From an archaeon (GTDB lineage Archaea; Iainarchaeota; Iainarchaeia; Iainarchaeales; CSSED10-239), in NCBI GenBank assembly GCA_035400625.1, contig DAOMZT010000005.1, positions 1 to 32,000 on the forward strand: a DNA stretch of 32,000 nucleotides. Reading direction: 5' to 3'. The notes below the pieces were generated by a model. That model did no database searches. It was not told the DNA's origin and worked only from the letters and a program-made list of their open reading frames with translations. Positions 24,905 through 32,000 of this stretch are shown piece by piece (within the stretch, counting starts at the first letter, position 1; the number at the start of each line of letters is the position of its first letter). The position numbers and the translations under genes were made by a program.

Positions 24905-26374
24905 TTATTTTTTCTTTTTTTGAGTTTTTTCTTGGTTCTTTGATTTCTTTTTTTCAAAGAACTCTATTGCTACTCTTAACTCTTTGTTTTTTGGATCTTT
25001 AGCATATTTGTGAATATCTATTTTTTTCTTGTATGCCTCACAAGCTTGGACAAGGGCTTTTGCTCCAGCTTTTGTGCCATCAGGATGAGCATGACATCCA
25101 GCACCCATTGTTGTTATAAAATCTATTCCTCCCATAATGTCCATAAATGGTTTCAACAATGTTGGGTTTAAACCACCAGAAATGATTGGGCAACATTTCT
25201 TTATGCCTCTCCATGAATCATCTACTAACATTCTTTTTTTGTTCTTGTCTTTCTCATTTAATTTTTGAAAATCCATATCTTTCTCAGGGATTTTAAACCA
25301 TGACTGATCAAAGAAATGACCTTTCGCATAAATTTGCAAGATATTATGTGCAGCAACAATATCTTCTCCTGGACTACCCGCCATCTTTCCTACACCTGCA
25401 GTTCCAGTATGTATTCCAGAAACACCAGCAAGCCTTGCAAACTTAGAATGAACTAAAACTGAGAAACCAAAAGGGCTTTCTGGTCTGGTATATGCCCCAT
25501 GTGATGCTCTATGATAATGAATAAAAACATCAGGATATTTCCTTCTTAGTGTTTGGACAGCCATCCAACCAGCAGTAATTCCATCAATCATGAAAGCATA
25601 AGAGCCTTTTTCAAAGCCAGCATCTTTTATCATCTCACATCTCTTAATCATAGTATCAAAATCTGCCGCAGAGACATTAAAAGAATGGATTTTCTTTTTT
25701 CCAGTTTCTTTAACTGCCTTGTCCATTGCTTCTTTAACATGTTTTACCATTTTATCATAAGGGCAGAAATCTTGATCAGCTTGTGGCTCATCATTCTTAA
25801 CAAAATCTCCACCACCAACCCAGAAATCATAACAAACTTCAGCATATTCTGCAGAGGTTAAGCCAATCTTTGGTTTAATTATGGTGCCTAAAATAGGCCT
25901 ATCATAAACTCCTAGATATTTTCTCATATCATCAATGGTATAGCTTGGCCCATCATATTGTTCTAACATACTTGGCGGAAACCAAACATCCAAAAGCTTA
26001 AGAGCAGAAACTTCTTTCATGCCTAAGACATTACCCACAACATAAGTTAGAATATTTTGAATATTTCCTCCTCTATCAAATAATCTCCAAGGATATGCAA
26101 TCCAAACTAATTCATCTTTAGTATCCATCTTATAGACTAAGGCATTCATTCGCCTTGAAAATGGAGTTTCTGTATTTACTGCAAAATTTGTTCCTGATGA
26201 AGATTCTGCAGCAATCTCAGATGCAGCTTGCAAGGTATTAAGTCCTTTTCCTGGTTTGAAATGGAAAACACACAACATATATTCTCCATTATATAATTGG
26301 CTATCTGTCATGTCAAGATTGACATAAGCCTTTTGTTTATCATTTAAAGTTTTATATAATTCAGAATTATTCAT
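24905..26374 (-). CDS. rbcL: Ribulose-1,5-bisphosphate carboxylase/oxygenase large subunit, form II/III
   Basis: It shows a form II-like active site: GGGDFVKNDEPQ (carbamyl-Lys K193, D195, E196), HYHRASHGA, GIHTGTAGVGKM and PIISGGLN. A ~27-aa insertion (FKIPEKDMDFQKLNEKDKNKKRMLVDDS) sits between the QSW and PIISGG blocks, as described for form II/III enzymes of Methanococcoides, DPANN and CPR. An SD-like AGGAAGGTG lies upstream. Confidence 0.95.
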   Translation of the reverse strand: MNNSELYKTLNDKQKAYVNLDMTDSQLYNGEYMLCVFHFKPGKGLNTLQAASEIAAESSSGTNFAVNTETPFSRRMNALVYKMDTKDELVWIAYPWRLFDRGGNIQNILTYVVGNVLGMKEVSALKLLDVWFPPSMLEQYDGPSYTIDDMRKYLGVYDRPILGTIIKPKIGLTSAEYAEVCYDFWVGGGDFVKNDEPQADQDFCPYDKMVKHVKEAMDKAVKETGKKKIHSFNVSAADFDTMIKRCEMIKDAGFEKGSYAFMIDGITAGWMAVQTLRRKYPDVFIHYHRASHGAYTRPESPFGFSVLVHSKFARLAGVSGIHTGTAGVGKMAGSPGEDIVAAHNILQIYAKGHFFDQSWFKIPEKDMDFQKLNEKDKNKKRMLVDDSWRGIKKCCPIISGGLNPTLLKPFMDIMGGIDFITTMGAGCHAHPDGTKAGAKALVQACEAYKKKIDIHKYAKDPKNKELRVAIEFFEKKKSKNQEKTQKKKK

Positions 26375-26450
26375 AATTACACACCTTCCTAAATATAATA
26401 TTAAAATAGATTATAAACTAGTTTAAAAAGATTGTGGTTTTAAAATATTT

Positions 26451-26864
26451 ATGGAAACAGGTACTTTTTCTGAAAATAATAACGCTGTTGAAGTTTATAT
26501 CCTAAATGAGAACAAAGAATTTATTATTGTCTTTTCTGCAGAAGATAATAACATATGTAGCATTCCTTCAGGGATTGCAAAAGAAGAAAACCTTGAAGAT
26601 GCAGCTAAAAGAATAGCTAAAGAAGAACTTGCAGCAGACATAAAAATCATAGGTGTTTCTAAAAATACATTTAGTTATGGCGAAAAGAAAGGCAAAAGTG
26701 TTGTTGCTGTTTTAATCCCAAAATATCAGCGTTTGAAGATACTGGGAAAAGACATCTCAGGATACAAATGGATCAATAAAGACCAAATATACAATTATCT
26801 TGAAAACCTAGATAAATGGCTACAAGCAGAAAAAGTTTTTAAAGAATTTAGCGATTATTTCTAA
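26451..26864 (+). CDS. Nudix-fold protein with divergent Nudix box
   Basis: PSGIAKEENLEDAAKRIAKEELAADIKI approximates GX5EX7REUXEEXGU. However, it reads RI instead of RE, A instead of the final G, and its G-to-E spacing is one residue short. Confidence 0.5.
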   Translation: METGTFSENNNAVEVYILNENKEFIIVFSAEDNNICSIPSGIAKEENLEDAAKRIAKEELAADIKIIGVSKNTFSYGEKKGKSVVAVLIPKYQRLKILGKDISGYKWINKDQIYNYLENLDKWLQAEKVFKEFSDYF

Positions 26865-26885
26865 TCCCCTCTTTCTTTATTTGCC

Positions 26886-27641
26886 CTATACTTGCATCTT
26901 TGAGAAAAGCTTAGAACCGATAACAAGCATTATTACTGCTAAAACCACAAGAATTATAAGATTAAAGAACATGCTACTTGTTGCTATACCTGACAAAGCT
27001 GATCTAAGCCCTGAAACCCCATAACTTAAAGGATTAATTATTGTAAGCCACTTGATTGATTTTGGAACACCCTCTAAAGGAAAAAGTGCACCAGATAAAA
27101 AAAAGATAGGCATGATTAGAAAATTCATAATCAATTGAAAACCTTGCATGTCATCAAGCAAAGAAGCAATGGCAGTTCCAAGAGCTGCAAAGAATAATGC
27201 TATTAATATCATAAAGAGAAGAGCTAAAGGCAACATTGTCCAAGAAATAATGCGAAAACCTAATATTAAAGAGAATAACAAAAATAAAATGCCTTGTGCC
27301 ACAGCAACTGTTGCTCCGCCTAAGGTTCTTCCAATCATTATTTCTAAGCGTGAAACAGGAGCAACAAGCGTTTCTTTTAAAAATCCAAATTGCCTATCCC
27401 AAATAATCTCTATTCCAGACATTACAGAAGCAAAAAGAATAGTCATAGCAATTATACCTGGAACAAGAAACTGCAAATAATTGCCTTGCCCTGCTTGTGC
27501 AAAAACCGGACCAAAACCAAAACCGAAAGAAATTAAAATAATTAATGGCATACCTAAAGAACCAATCATTCTTGGTCTTGATCTATAGTGCCTTTTGATT
27601 TGCCTTAACCATAATATTCCAATTGTGTTCATATCTTTCAT
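26886..27641 (-). CDS. ABC-2 type transporter permease
   Basis: It is a 6-TM protein with the typical ABC-2 layout, and its start lies 4 nt downstream of the ATPase gene. Confidence 0.85.
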   Translation of the reverse strand: MKDMNTIGILWLRQIKRHYRSRPRMIGSLGMPLIILISFGFGFGPVFAQAGQGNYLQFLVPGIIAMTILFASVMSGIEIIWDRQFGFLKETLVAPVSRLEIMIGRTLGGATVAVAQGILFLLFSLILGFRIISWTMLPLALLFMILIALFFAALGTAIASLLDDMQGFQLIMNFLIMPIFFLSGALFPLEGVPKSIKWLTIINPLSYGVSGLRSALSGIATSSMFFNLIILVVLAVIMLVIGSKLFSKMQV

Positions 27642-27644
27642 TCC

Positions 27645-28442
27645 TTATTTGTGGTGCCTTCTTTTTAGCCTCATTCTATCTATTGTGCTTGCTTCTTCAT
27701 CTCTTATATTATATCCTGTTATTTTAATAAACGCCTCTTCTAATGTTCTTGTTTTGGTTCTCTCCATAAGTTCTTTAGTTGTCCCAATATCAATTATCTC
27801 TCCACGATCTATTATTGCAATGCTATCAGCATATCTTTCGGCCTCATCCATATAGTGTGTTGTAAAGAATATAGTTGTTCCTTCTCTCTTGTTTATTTTC
27901 AGAATATAGTTCCAAATGTGGTTTCTGGTCTGAGGATCAAGACCAACAGTTGGCTCATCAAGAAACAATATTCTTGGATAATGCAATAGGCCCCTTGCAA
28001 TCTCCAATCTTCTTTTCATACCGCCAGAAAAGTTTTTTACAAGTTCATTTTTTCTATCCCATAACTCAACAATCTTCAATAATTCTTCTATTCTTTTAAG
28101 TCTTTCTTTTTTAGGAACGTGATAGAATATCCCGTGCATGTCTAGATTCTCATAGGCTGTAAGCTCTTCATCAACAGAGGGGTCTTGAAAAACAATTCCA
28201 AAGTTTTTTCTCACTTCATCTGATTCCTTTTCAGGATCTTTTCCATTAATCAAAACCATACCAGAATCTGCTTTTAAGATTGTTGTTAATATTTTAATTG
28301 TTGTTGATTTGCCAGCACCATTTGGTCCAAGAAAAGCAAAAATGCTTTTTCTTTTTACAGAAAAACTAACATCTTTTAAAACTTGTAATTTACCATAATT
28401 TTTATTTAGTAAATTTACTTCAATAATTTTATCATTATCCAT
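27645..28442 (-). CDS. ABC transporter ATP-binding protein (DrrA/ABC-2 exporter type)
   Basis: It has Walker A GPNGAGKST, the signature FSGGMKRRLEIARGL and Walker B LFLDEPTVGLD. Confidence 0.93.
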   Translation of the reverse strand: MDNDKIIEVNLLNKNYGKLQVLKDVSFSVKRKSIFAFLGPNGAGKSTTIKILTTILKADSGMVLINGKDPEKESDEVRKNFGIVFQDPSVDEELTAYENLDMHGIFYHVPKKERLKRIEELLKIVELWDRKNELVKNFSGGMKRRLEIARGLLHYPRILFLDEPTVGLDPQTRNHIWNYILKINKREGTTIFFTTHYMDEAERYADSIAIIDRGEIIDIGTTKELMERTKTRTLEEAFIKITGYNIRDEEASTIDRMRLKRRHHK

Positions 28443-28536
28443 AGTTTTCCACTTATTGTTAGAATTTGAATATATTATTTATATTATATATGTATTTAAA
28501 TTGCTTTTGTTACCATAAATAATATATGTGATTTTT

Positions 28537-29019
28537 ATGAAAAACAAATATAAATTAATTTTAGCAATGTTATTTTGTTTAGGTGCAGGAATCATTGGCT
28601 CTTTTGCTACACAGACTGGTCCTGGCTCATGGTATCAGACAATTAACAGACCAGCAATTACTCCACCAGGCTATGTTTTTCCAATTGCTTGGACTACTCT
28701 TTATATTCTTATGGGCTTGGCTCTTTATATTGTTTGGGCACAACCACCTAAATACAGAAAAGATCCTGCTCTTAAAAAATCAGCAATGATTTTTTTCTTT
28801 ATACAATTAATAATTAATATTGCATGGTCATTTTTATTCTTTAGCTTAAAATCACCAATTGCAGGACTAATATGTATAGCAATTCTTTTAGGTTTAGTTG
28901 CAATAACAATCCTTAAATTTTATAAATTAAATGAAAAAGCAGCATATCTTTTGATACCTTATTTGTTATGGTTATGCTTTGCAACAATACTAAATTTTCT
29001 GATTTTTATTTTAAATTAG
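28537..29019 (+). CDS. tspO: TspO/MBR family tryptophan-rich sensory protein
   Basis: Recognisable elements are WYQTINRPAITPPGYVFPIAWTTLYILMGLALYIVW, INIAWSFLFF and YLLWLCFATILN, across 5 TM helices. I prefer the ATG at 28537 over the GTG at 28528. Confidence 0.9.
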   Translation: MKNKYKLILAMLFCLGAGIIGSFATQTGPGSWYQTINRPAITPPGYVFPIAWTTLYILMGLALYIVWAQPPKYRKDPALKKSAMIFFFIQLIINIAWSFLFFSLKSPIAGLICIAILLGLVAITILKFYKLNEKAAYLLIPYLLWLCFATILNFLIFILN

Positions 29020-29872
29020 GCTTTACAAAGGAATTCAAAACAGATCTTTTAAAAGAATCACTAATGTTTCCTTTGTCTTCATTAATTACTTTTTCAATAA
29101 AAGAATAGATTTCTTTTTTCTGAGATGGTTTTGTTCTTAGGAAAACTTCTGAAAGAACATTATTAAAAGCAACCTTTTGCCCAGGTTCCTTTAGCTTTGG
29201 GTTTTGAACAAAACCATCAAAATCTAGAATCATAAAAGTATTCCTGTCTTTATATTTCATAAAAATATCAATTTCTGGATTATACCCTTTTGAGATTAAA
29301 ACCATAGAAGAATAAACAATCTCTTTGAATTTATTTGTATTGTATATTTCTGAAATTTCTGTTCTTTTTGCAAATTTAGAAACTTGTTTTTTATTTACTT
29401 GTTTTGTAAATGCTTGACTTACAAAAACAATTTGACCATCTATTAAAAAAACAGCACATTTTGGAATTAATGGTTGTGATTTATTACCAAACAAGCCCTC
29501 TGGAATTCTTACTGAACTTAAATCAGAAATTACATTTTTATATTTCCTAAGGGTTTCCTGCTGATATCTGTTATATTGCTCTCGTATTTGTCTATCTGTT
29601 GTCTTAGGTATTTTATTTTTATATATCTTGATTGCTACTCTTTGTTTTGAGCCATCTTGAAATTTAATATCTCCAAGATAAACTTTACCAAAGCTCCCTT
29701 CTCCAAGAAGTATTCTCTTGCCATTTACTCCTCTTCTTAATTTTAAAGACCTAATAAAATTTCCTCTATATTTCCCTGATGGCATTTGAGACTTATAAAT
29801 ACGAGTTCTTAATGAAGTCCATTTCTTTTTATTAATTAAAGGAGGATTAATTTTTGCTCTTTTTATTTTCAT
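29006..29872 (-). CDS. Atypical protein-kinase-like protein (ePK-like N-lobe, degenerate catalytic loop) with basic N-terminus
   Basis: It has the Gly-loop LLGEGSFGKVYLG, the beta3 lysine motif RVAIKIYK and a DFG-like ILDFDGF. Where HRDxxxxN is expected the sequence reads GYNPEIDIF. An alternative start is M30 at 29785. The 3' end overlaps tspO convergently by 14 nt. Confidence 0.55.
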   Translation of the reverse strand: MKIKRAKINPPLINKKKWTSLRTRIYKSQMPSGKYRGNFIRSLKLRRGVNGKRILLGEGSFGKVYLGDIKFQDGSKQRVAIKIYKNKIPKTTDRQIREQYNRYQQETLRKYKNVISDLSSVRIPEGLFGNKSQPLIPKCAVFLIDGQIVFVSQAFTKQVNKKQVSKFAKRTEISEIYNTNKFKEIVYSSMVLISKGYNPEIDIFMKYKDRNTFMILDFDGFVQNPKLKEPGQKVAFNNVLSEVFLRTKPSQKKEIYSFIEKVINEDKGNISDSFKRSVLNSFVKPNLK

Positions 29873-30395
29873 AGTATTTTAGTAACTTTTTTGTACCCCA
29901 AGGTAGTGCTTTTCTTTTTGGAACCTTTAATAGCTTTAATATCTTGTCTACATCTTTGAAATCTTTAACTTCTATTTCATAATAGGTTGGAATTTTAAAA
30001 GGCTTAGAGATAGTATCAATATCAAAGGTTGTGGTTCCAAGAACATAAGTGGTTCTTGTCTTTTCTATCCTATGATATCTTTTTAGGCCTAAAACAGAAA
30101 AAAGATTTTGAACTGTTTTAAAATCAGAAGATACTTCAAACTCTATTTCTTTACAGCTTTTTATGTTATTTCTTATTTCCTTAAATTGTTTATAGGTTAT
30201 AAAAACATCTTTTCCCATTTGTCTAACTCTAATTGCTGCGCTTTTTTTCTTTAGTTCCTTATTATCGTAGTTTTCCTGTATTACTTTTCTATCAGAAAAA
30301 AGTTTTTTTGCACCTATCTCTTTTAGTTTCCTCTCTAGTTCTTTCTTATCTATTTCTAGAATTTTTACTTCTATCTCATAATGGTCTTTACTCAT
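29847..30395 (-). CDS. CYTH domain protein (triphosphate tunnel metalloenzyme / class IV adenylate cyclase-like)
   Basis: The N-terminal ExExK motif (YEIEVKI), AIRVR, ITYK, EIEFEV, KTRTTY and FDID...YYEIEV form the alternating-charge beta-strand pattern of CYTH/CyaB proteins. Confidence 0.8.
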   Translation of the reverse strand: MSKDHYEIEVKILEIDKKELERKLKEIGAKKLFSDRKVIQENYDNKELKKKSAAIRVRQMGKDVFITYKQFKEIRNNIKSCKEIEFEVSSDFKTVQNLFSVLGLKRYHRIEKTRTTYVLGTTTFDIDTISKPFKIPTYYEIEVKDFKDVDKILKLLKVPKRKALPWGTKKLLKYYENKKSKN

Positions 30396-30409
30396 ATTAT
30401 CTCTCCTCT

Positions 30410-31147
30410 TTATAACAAATCTAATTTTTTAATATATTCTAATGCTAATTTCTTTCTATCCGCATTTTCTGGAAGATATCCTTTTTCCATTTTTACAAAA
30501 TATTTCTTTGTATTCTTATCATATCCAACACTTGAAAAGATAATTGGTATTTTTCTACCTAGCTCTTTTTCAGCCTTTTGAAGAATGTATATCCCACCGC
30601 TTCTACTGGTGCTTTCACCCAATTTTCTATCTATTGCTTTATTAGGATCCCCTGAATGCCCTCTTGGAAATGTACATATTATTCCGTTCTCTTTTAAAAC
30701 TTTTATGCTTTCTATTACTGCTTCTCTTAGTCCTCTTGTTGGATGAGATCTATTAACATTAATCATACCAAAAGATTTTGCAATTTTTCCAATAACTGGA
30801 AGATTACTAAATCTTAAACGTGTTTCTGGAGTTATTGAAAGCCCAAAGTCAGAGATATAATGCATTTTCTTTTCAGTAAGGGTCTCATAAACTAAAGGCT
30901 CCATTAATTGTTGATGTGTGCTCATTATCATTATTGGCCCTTTGCTTGATTCTTCTGCAATTAAGTTTCTTCCAACAATTTTTATTTTATTTTTTAATAG
31001 TTTTCTGCAGATTGCCTTGTATCGTTTGTATGGCATTTTAGGTGTTTTAGGTTTTTTGGGCGTTGATGATTTTTGAGCTTTCTTTATTTTTGGACGAACT
31101 AGCTTTTTCTCTGTTGTTGGTTTGATTTTTGATAGTCTTAATGCCAT
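30410..31147 (-). CDS. Lysophospholipid acyltransferase (PlsC/LPLAT) family-like protein with altered motifs and K/P-rich N-terminal extension
   Basis: Block I is GPIMIMSTHQQLMEP (HX4E instead of HX4D). Block II is LPVIGKIAKSFGMINVNR. Block III is FPRGHSG (instead of FPEGTRS). Block IV is GRKIPIIFSSV. The N-terminus is MALRLSKIKPTTEKKLVRPKIKKAQKSSTPKKPKTPK. The start overlaps the DHS stop (TAATG). Confidence 0.65.
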   Translation of the reverse strand: MALRLSKIKPTTEKKLVRPKIKKAQKSSTPKKPKTPKMPYKRYKAICRKLLKNKIKIVGRNLIAEESSKGPIMIMSTHQQLMEPLVYETLTEKKMHYISDFGLSITPETRLRFSNLPVIGKIAKSFGMINVNRSHPTRGLREAVIESIKVLKENGIICTFPRGHSGDPNKAIDRKLGESTSRSGGIYILQKAEKELGRKIPIIFSSVGYDKNTKKYFVKMEKGYLPENADRKKLALEYIKKLDLL

Positions 31148-32000
31148 TATATTATCCCTTCTTTACTTAAATTTTCTAATGCTTTAATCATTGCAAGCGG
31201 GAAAGTAATTGTAACATCGCCAATGACTGTTACAGCATCTGCTTCGTCTTTGATCTTTCCCCAAGACTTTGCCTCATCTGTTGTTGCACCAGAAAGGCTT
31301 CCTGATCTTGAAGAGGCTGTTGTCATGTAAAGTGCATAGTCTGCTCCGCCATTTATTAGTGTTGTTAAAATCACATGATGTTTAGAAACACCACCACCAA
31401 GAGCAATTATCCCTTTCTTCTCGTCATGTGTTGTTGAAAAAATAATCTGCTTAAAATCAGAAATTACATCAATCATAAAATCTTTATGATCCTGCTGGAA
31501 AAGATAAAGATGAAAGCCAAAAGAACCATCGGTTATTGCAGGGCAAAATACAGGAATATTGTTCTTTGCTGCTTGATACAGGAAAGAATTCTCATCATTT
31601 AGTTTCAAGCCAATTTCTCTTAATAACTCACAAGTTGCCCAAACTTTCTTTTGCTTATAAAGTTCCAAAAGTAGATTTTGCATTTTTCCTTCAAGTTTTG
31701 CATAGCTTTCATTTGTTATAAGTATATTGCCAACTCTGTTTTCTCCTCTCTCATAAAGCTCTTGATCATCTGCCTTAAAAGAAGCAAGAATAAACTTTTC
31801 ACCATCTGCCTTCATTATGTCTTCTTCAATTGCCCCTACTGTTGTACAAACAACGCTTGCCATTTTTAATTTTAAAACCTGTGCGAAAAAACCTCGTAAG
31901 CCAGTAGTTACCATATTTGAGGTAAAAGAAAGATAGACTTTTGCTCCTTCTTTTTTCATCTTCTCTATAAGGTTTGCAGCTCTTGATAGTTCTGAAGATT
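31147..32000 (-). CDS. dys: Deoxyhypusine synthase, N-terminus outside window
   Basis: The sequence ...VYLSFTSNMVTTGLRGFFAQVLKLKMASVVCTTVGAIEEDIMK...NRVGNILITNESY...IPVFCPAITDGSFG...ALGGGVSKHHV...EAKSWGKI matches DHS blocks (tsn.vssGlR; vtTaG.iEeD; GN...pn..Y; DgS.G; lGGG.pKH; EA.SWGK). By hand translation the frame stays open upstream of the track ATG to the window edge (SSELSRAANLIEKMKK...). Confidence 0.9.
   Translation of the reverse strand, partial: SSELSRAANLIEKMKKEGAKVYLSFTSNMVTTGLRGFFAQVLKLKMASVVCTTVGAIEEDIMKADGEKFILASFKADDQELYERGENRVGNILITNESYAKLEGKMQNLLLELYKQKKVWATCELLREIGLKLNDENSFLYQAAKNNIPVFCPAITDGSFGFHLYLFQQDHKDFMIDVISDFKQIIFSTTHDEKKGIIALGGGVSKHHVILTTLINGGADYALYMTTASSRSGSLSGATTDEAKSWGKIKDEADAVTVIGDVTITFPLAMIKALENLSKEGII

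Noticed and set aside
1-32000. CRISPR arrays, rRNA or tRNA genes, and transposase or integrase genes
   Set aside because: I saw no regularly spaced direct repeats, no cloverleaf-compatible GC-rich segments in the intergenic regions, and no DDE, tyrosine or serine recombinase motifs among the ORFs. The only repeat family found is the hairpin set near the ORF6N gene.

Overview
The window is AT-rich (about 30% GC by eye) and densely coding, with roughly 38 genes, no rRNA or tRNA and no CRISPR array. The gene content points to a small-genome archaeon of DPANN type, though a CPR bacterium cannot be excluded from sequence alone. That content includes deoxyhypusine synthase, a form II/III RuBisCO, an archaeal-type peroxiredoxin with a C-terminal CxxxxxC, a COG1361/CARDB S-layer-type protein inside a MacB-type ABC operon, and a membrane-anchored wHTH regulator.

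Gene layout along the window:
- A redox module: a secreted CPHC thioredoxin-fold protein, DUF134, DUF5320 and a divergently transcribed peroxiredoxin.
- A tight minus-strand operon: a MazG-like gene interrupted by TGA, a PLP decarboxylase, an AlkD-like protein, agmatinase and a ZIP transporter.
- An accessory patch: epimerase, SDR, a DUF3419/BtaA-like protein and an ORF6N protein.
- Bacterial-type uvrA-uvrC and uvrB, separated by a regulator plus ABC transporter insertion.
- A DUF362 Fe-S protein followed by a methyltransferase-fold protein with a lysine-rich tail.
- A RuBisCO operon (RuBisCO, 135-aa unknown, histidine phosphatase, SAM methyltransferase) with a divergent Nudix-like gene.
- An ABC-2 exporter and TspO.
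- A translationally coupled operon: deoxyhypusine synthase, LPLAT-like acyltransferase, CYTH and a kinase-like protein.

Strongest candidates for follow-up:
1. A family of three 27-nt perfect hairpin palindromes with fully compensatory arm substitutions. One is embedded in the ORF6N coding sequence and two lie in tandem downstream.
2. The DHS/acyltransferase-like/CYTH/atypical-kinase operon, whose members carry altered catalytic motifs.
3. The RuBisCO operon, which has no AMP phosphorylase or R15P isomerase gene anywhere in this window.
4. A 'MAL[KR]L' plus K/P-rich N-terminal extension shared by two unrelated enzymes.
5. An in-frame TGA at the invariant Trp codon of a MazG-like gene.

All family assignments come from motif recognition by eye; no searches were run.
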